This document shows positions 60,136 to 64,000 of a stretch of DNA of 64,000 nt, in pieces. A program made the translations under genes and the position numbers. The stretch lies in the NCBI GenBank assembly GCA_016235805.1, contig JACRIY010000105.1:4727-68726 (forward strand), written 5' to 3'. The stretch's first letter is position 1; every line of letters begins with the position of its first letter. The notes below the pieces were generated by a model that was not told the origin of the DNA, made no database searches, and saw only the letters and a program-made list of their open reading frames with translations. This DNA comes from Rhodocyclales bacterium. Lineage in GTDB: Bacteria > Pseudomonadota > Gammaproteobacteria > Burkholderiales > Rhodocyclaceae.

Positions 60136-60470
60136 GTCCGTGTCAGTCTTGCGGCGCCTGCTGCGCCACTTACCGCGTTTCCTTTCCTCGCTTCGAACTT
60201 GACGACGTGCCTGGCGGCGCCGTGCCGGAGGCGCTGGTCGAGTCCGCCGGGGTGCAGCTGGTCTGCATGCGTGGCACCGCTGCGGCGCCGGCGCGCTGTG
60301 TCGCATTGCGCGGGGCCATAGGACAGTCCGTTTCCTGCGCGATCTACGAGTTCCGCCCCAGCGCCTGCCGTGAGTTCGCGCCGCTGGCCGCTGTCGGACG
60401 CGGCGACGAGGCCTGCAACGATGCGCGCAGACGACACGGCCTGGCGCCGTTGGTTCCGGCCGCAGCATGA
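60132..60470 (+). CDS. YkgJ-family cysteine cluster protein
   Basis: PCQSCGACC..RVSF, RCVAL.G, CAIYE.RPSACREF; GTGA overlap with pit. Confidence 0.85.
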   Translation: MSPCQSCGACCATYRVSFPRFELDDVPGGAVPEALVESAGVQLVCMRGTAAAPARCVALRGAIGQSVSCAIYEFRPSACREFAPLAAVGRGDEACNDARRRHGLAPLVPAAA

Positions 60471-61351
60471 ATCAGCGCATCGCTCCTGGTCCTGCCGCGT
60501 TCGGCCTGATGGTACTGCTGTGTGCCATCTGGGGCTTCCAGCAGGTGGCGATGAAGTTCGCCAGCGCCGAAATCAGTCCGATCCTGCAGGCCGGCTTGCG
60601 CTCCGGCCTTGGCGCCGTCCTGGTTTACGCCTGGGCGCGCTGGCGCGGAATCGCGCTGTTCGCCCGTGACCATTCTCTGCGTCCCGGCCTGCTGGCCGGG
60701 TTGCTGTTCGGCCTCGAGTTCGTTTTCATATTTGTCGGAGTCGAGCGCACCACGGTCTCGCGCATGGTGGTGTTCCTCTATACCGCGCCGTGCTTCACGG
60801 TGCTCGGCCTGCATTTTTTCGTGGCGGGCGAGCGGATGGGCTGGCGGCAGGGTGCCGGTGTAATGCTGGCATTTGCCGGACTGGTGCTGGCCTTCGTCGA
60901 CAAGGCGGTTGGCGGCAGCCTGCTGGGCGACGCCTTCGGCGTGCTGGCCGCGCTGTTCTGGGCAGCGACGACGGTATTGATCCGCGCCACGTCACTGGCC
61001 AAGGTGACGGCGACCAAGGTCCTGCTCTACCAGCTGGTGGTCTCGGCCGCGGTGATGTTTCCATTGTCGTGGCTGGTCGGTGAGCGCGGTATCGCCGTGT
61101 TGTCAGCGCCGACTCTTTGGGCCATGGCCTATCAGATCGTCATCGTGGCATTTGCCAGTTACCTGGCGTGGTTCTGGCTGCTGACGCGCTACCTTGCCGG
61201 GCGATTGCTGGTGTTTTCCTTCCTGACGCCATTGTTCGGCGTCTGGTTCGGCATGATCCTCATGCACGACCAGCCCAGCCTGCATTTCTTTGCTGCGGCG
61301 GCGATGGTGGTGGGTGGCATCGTGCTGGTCAACCTGCCGGCGCGGAGATGA
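60467..61351 (+). CDS. DMT/EamA family transporter
   Basis: About 10 transmembrane segments, IWG.QQV, FLYTAP, FSFLTPLFGV. Confidence 0.88.
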   Translation: MNQRIAPGPAAFGLMVLLCAIWGFQQVAMKFASAEISPILQAGLRSGLGAVLVYAWARWRGIALFARDHSLRPGLLAGLLFGLEFVFIFVGVERTTVSRMVVFLYTAPCFTVLGLHFFVAGERMGWRQGAGVMLAFAGLVLAFVDKAVGGSLLGDAFGVLAALFWAATTVLIRATSLAKVTATKVLLYQLVVSAAVMFPLSWLVGERGIAVLSAPTLWAMAYQIVIVAFASYLAWFWLLTRYLAGRLLVFSFLTPLFGVWFGMILMHDQPSLHFFAAAAMVVGGIVLVNLPARR

Positions 61352-62040
61352 GTCCGGGCGAGGCGTTTTCGATCGGCCTGCGAGCCGTCATGCCGCTGCT
61401 GCTGGGGGTCGCACCCTTCGGCGTGATCTACGGCGTGGTGGCCCTGCAAAGCGGAATCCCCGCCCTGGCCGCGATGGCCATGTCGACCATCGTTTTTGCA
61501 GGTTCCGCACAGTTCCTTCTTGCACAATTGGTTGGGGCCGGCGCACCTTTCCTGCTTGCGGCGGGCGCGGTCGGACTGGTCAACCTGCGCCACGCGCTCT
61601 ACAGCGCGTCGGTGGCGCCCGTGCTGGCCCGCCTGCCGCAGCGCTGGAAGATCCTGTTGGCCTATCTGCTGACCGACGAAGCCTATGCTGCCGCGATTCC
61701 GCACCTGCTGGCGGATGCGCGCGGACCGCAACCCTCCCGGGCACATTGGATCCTGTTGGGCTCGGGGGTGGGCCTGTGGTCCGGTTGGCAGGTTTCCACC
61801 CTGGCCGGCGTGCTGATCGGCTCCAGCCTGCCGGCCGACATGGGGCTGGATTTTGCCTTGCCGCTGACCTTCATAGCCATCGTGGTACCGATGATTTCCA
61901 CCCGCGCGCTGTTCGCTGCGGCGATTGCGGCCGGCGCTGCCGCGGTTGCGCTGGCAGCGCTGCCCTACAAGCTTGGACTGTTCCTGGGCGCGCTGGCCGG
62001 TCTCGCAGTGGGCGCGGCATTGGGCAGGAAGACGGCATGA
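61348..62040 (+). CDS. azlC: AzlC family exporter permease
   Basis: PFGVIYG, FAGSAQF, VNLRHALYS, LTDEAYA. Confidence 0.88.
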   Translation: MSPGEAFSIGLRAVMPLLLGVAPFGVIYGVVALQSGIPALAAMAMSTIVFAGSAQFLLAQLVGAGAPFLLAAGAVGLVNLRHALYSASVAPVLARLPQRWKILLAYLLTDEAYAAAIPHLLADARGPQPSRAHWILLGSGVGLWSGWQVSTLAGVLIGSSLPADMGLDFALPLTFIAIVVPMISTRALFAAAIAAGAAAVALAALPYKLGLFLGALAGLAVGAALGRKTA

Positions 62041-62348
62041 CGCTCTGGGGCCTGATGCTGGTTTGCGGAGTGCTCACCTTCGCCATCCGCTATTCCTTCA
62101 TCGCCGCCGAGGGACATTACCGGCCACCACCATGGTTTGCCCTGCTGCTGCCTTTCGTGCCGGTTGCCGCGTTGACCGCGCTGACGGCGCCGGAACTTCT
62201 GCTGGTAGGCGGTGCTCTCGACGTTGGTGCGGGCAATGTGCGACTTTGGGCCGGCCTCGTGGCGATCGTCGTTGCCGCAATATGGCGCAACACGCTGCTG
62301 ACCATCGGCAGCGGCTTCCTCGCGCTGTTCCTGTTGCAGCAGCTTTAA
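62037..62348 (+). CDS. azlD: AzlD family protein
   Basis: TFAIRYSF, PVAALTAL, small hydrophobic ORF coupled to azlC. Confidence 0.85.
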   Translation: MTLWGLMLVCGVLTFAIRYSFIAAEGHYRPPPWFALLLPFVPVAALTALTAPELLLVGGALDVGAGNVRLWAGLVAIVVAAIWRNTLLTIGSGFLALFLLQQL

Positions 62349-62351
62349 AGG

Positions 62352-63548
62352 CTATTGGCTCGGACAACTGCGAAAGCCGATGAAAATGTCATCGCGCTGC
62401 GGTTCGTAGTAGTTTCGGTAGCGCGGATTGCGCATGCGCGGCCGGGTGGCGAAGGATCCGCCACGAACGCTGCGATGGGTGTGGAAGTAGGGCGCGGCGT
62501 ATTCCGCATAGGGGTCGGGGCTGAAGCCGGGATAGGGCTCGAAGGGGCTGGCGGTCCATTCCCAGACTTGGGTACCCCAATCGAATGCGGTGGCGTGCAA
62601 CGCCGCGAATTCCCATTCAGCCTCGCTCGGCAGGCGTCGTCCGGCCCAGCGGCACCATGCTTCCGCCTCATGCGCGGTGACGTGGATGACAGGTTGGGCC
62701 AGGGCCAGATCGACCCACTCACCGAATCGGAACTGCTTCCAAACACCTTCCTTTCGACGCCAGTAGTGTGGCATGAGTTGCCGGCTGGTCTTCAGCCAGG
62801 CGCGCCCTGCGGCGGACCAATACCGCGGGTCCTGGTAGCCGCCCGCCAAGACGAACGCAAGGAAATCGGAATTGCGCGTCGGGACGCTGGAAATGGCGAA
62901 GGATTCGACCCGCACCGGGTATGCCCATTTTTCGTTGTCGAAGACAAATCCCCTGCCGCTTTCGGAACTTCCCATGCGGAAATCGCCACCCTCCAGTTCG
63001 ATGTCGGCCGCGGGCGGCAGCTCGGCCAATCCATCGGCCGAGGGCCATCCCAGCGTCTGGCGCGTGTAGCGAAAGGCCTCGTCGTGCATGTCCTCGTGGA
63101 ACAGTGCGAGGCGGTGAAAGTAGAGCGCCGGGTCGGTGTTGGGCAGGAGTTCCAGCGCATCGATGGCGGCGTCGAGCGTGTCGCGCAGATAGCTTCGTGT
63201 GACTCGCCAGTCAGGCAGGTCGAGCTGCCAACGGCTGCCATGGGCGACGCGGCGTGAGTCGTACCAGCGATCGGCATCGGCCAGAAGGGAAGCGGCCGGA
63301 GTCGAGCTTTCCCCCCGATAGCGCTGGCACCAGTATTCCGTGAACCATGCGACGTGGCCGAGTTCCCATAGCGGGGGATTGATCGTTTCAAGAAGAGGAA
63401 CCTGCAGGGGGTGCGCTGCCGAGATGCCCTCGGCACCGACCGGCGGCGACCAGGCGGCCCATTCGTCGAGCAGGCGAATCGTATAATCGCGCGCATCCCG
63501 CAGTGCGGCAGCGAGGATCGCCTTGTCGGCAGTTCTGAGGTCATGCAT
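62352..63548 (-). CDS. senA: Selenoneine synthase SenA (EgtB-like non-heme iron enzyme)
   Basis: DinB-like NPPLWELGHVAWF and FHEDMH.EA, FGE-sulfatase C-terminus (RLPSEAEWE, VWEWT, RGGS, GFRSC); adjacent to senB. Confidence 0.85.
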   Translation of the reverse strand: MHDLRTADKAILAAALRDARDYTIRLLDEWAAWSPPVGAEGISAAHPLQVPLLETINPPLWELGHVAWFTEYWCQRYRGESSTPAASLLADADRWYDSRRVAHGSRWQLDLPDWRVTRSYLRDTLDAAIDALELLPNTDPALYFHRLALFHEDMHDEAFRYTRQTLGWPSADGLAELPPAADIELEGGDFRMGSSESGRGFVFDNEKWAYPVRVESFAISSVPTRNSDFLAFVLAGGYQDPRYWSAAGRAWLKTSRQLMPHYWRRKEGVWKQFRFGEWVDLALAQPVIHVTAHEAEAWCRWAGRRLPSEAEWEFAALHATAFDWGTQVWEWTASPFEPYPGFSPDPYAEYAAPYFHTHRSVRGGSFATRPRMRNPRYRNYYEPQRDDIFIGFRSCPSQ

Positions 63549-64000
63549 GACTAATTCCGTCCTTCCTTCCATCAGCATCGTCAGCCCGGCCCTGGCCAAG
63601 GCCAACAACGGCAACTGGCACACCGCGAAACGCTGGGCGCATTGCCTTGCTGCCAGTGCGCGGGTGCGCATCGAACTGGACTGGAGCGGTGCCGACGACA
63701 GCCTGATGATTGCATTGCATGCCCGACGCTCCGCAGCGTCGATTGCCCGTTTCGCCGAAGTTTATCCGCAACGCCCGCTTGTTCTGGTGCTGACAGGAAC
63801 AGATTTGTATCGCGACATCAGGATCGATCCGCAGGCGCAGCGCTCGCTTGCCTTGGCCACCAGGCTCGTCGTGCTGCAGGCCGAAGGTATTGGCGAGTTG
63901 GAGCAAGACCTTGCCGTTAAGGCAACGGTAATCTACCAGTCGGCGCGGACGCTGACTCCGGGTCGGCGCAGCACGCGTCACTTCGACCTGGTGATGGTCG
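63547..64000 (+). CDS. senB: Selenosugar synthase SenB glycosyltransferase (5' part, runs off the window)
   Basis: Hand translation from 63547: MTNSVLPSISIVSPALAKANNGNWHTAKRW...IALHARRSA...LVLTGTDLYRDI...LVVLQ...IYQSA; open to the window end; GAGG upstream. Confidence 0.85.
   Translation, partial: MTNSVLPSISIVSPALAKANNGNWHTAKRWAHCLAASARVRIELDWSGADDSLMIALHARRSAASIARFAEVYPQRPLVLVLTGTDLYRDIRIDPQAQRSLALATRLVVLQAEGIGELEQDLAVKATVIYQSARTLTPGRRSTRHFDLVMV

Noticed and set aside
62352-63671. Plain ergothioneine EgtB call and the longer start at 63671
   Set aside because: The adjacent SenB-type glycosyltransferase favours SenA, and the extension would overlap the conserved senB N-terminus

Overview
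High-GC betaproteobacterial chromosomal segment. A Rhodocyclales/Sterolibacteriaceae-like origin is my inference from gene order and protein style. About 0.9-20.6 kb is the conserved glnD-map / rpsB-tsf-pyrH-frr-uppS-cdsA-dxr-rseP-bamA-skp-lpxD-fabZ-lpxA-lpxB-rnhB block, with a stand-alone class III nucleotidyl cyclase inserted between map and rpsB. Housekeeping genes (HU, tsaB-rimI-udg, lplT, alr, radA, icd, tex, cnoX, purL, msrB, dadA, pit) are interspersed with accessory loci. These include a RavA/ViaA-like pair plus a DUF364-like gene, an orphan hybrid kinase and two diguanylate cyclases. Four things stand out. (1) A clear c-di-GMP-I riboswitch (47113-47205, minus strand) leads a small uncharacterised exported Cys-containing protein. 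It lies in an AT-rich divergent control region shared with an excisionase-like HTH/receiver gene whose promoter has a 20-bp spacer, and a GGDEF gene sits next door. (2) Selenoneine biosynthesis genes senA and senB (senB is absent from the ORF track and runs off the window end) are arranged head-to-head with overlapping start codons. (3) There are two families of short intergenic palindromic repeats, one of which has been absorbed into the tex C-terminus. (4) icd has a structured 5' leader. I found no rRNA, tRNA, CRISPR array, IS element or prophage. All calls come from motif recognition; no database searches were run.
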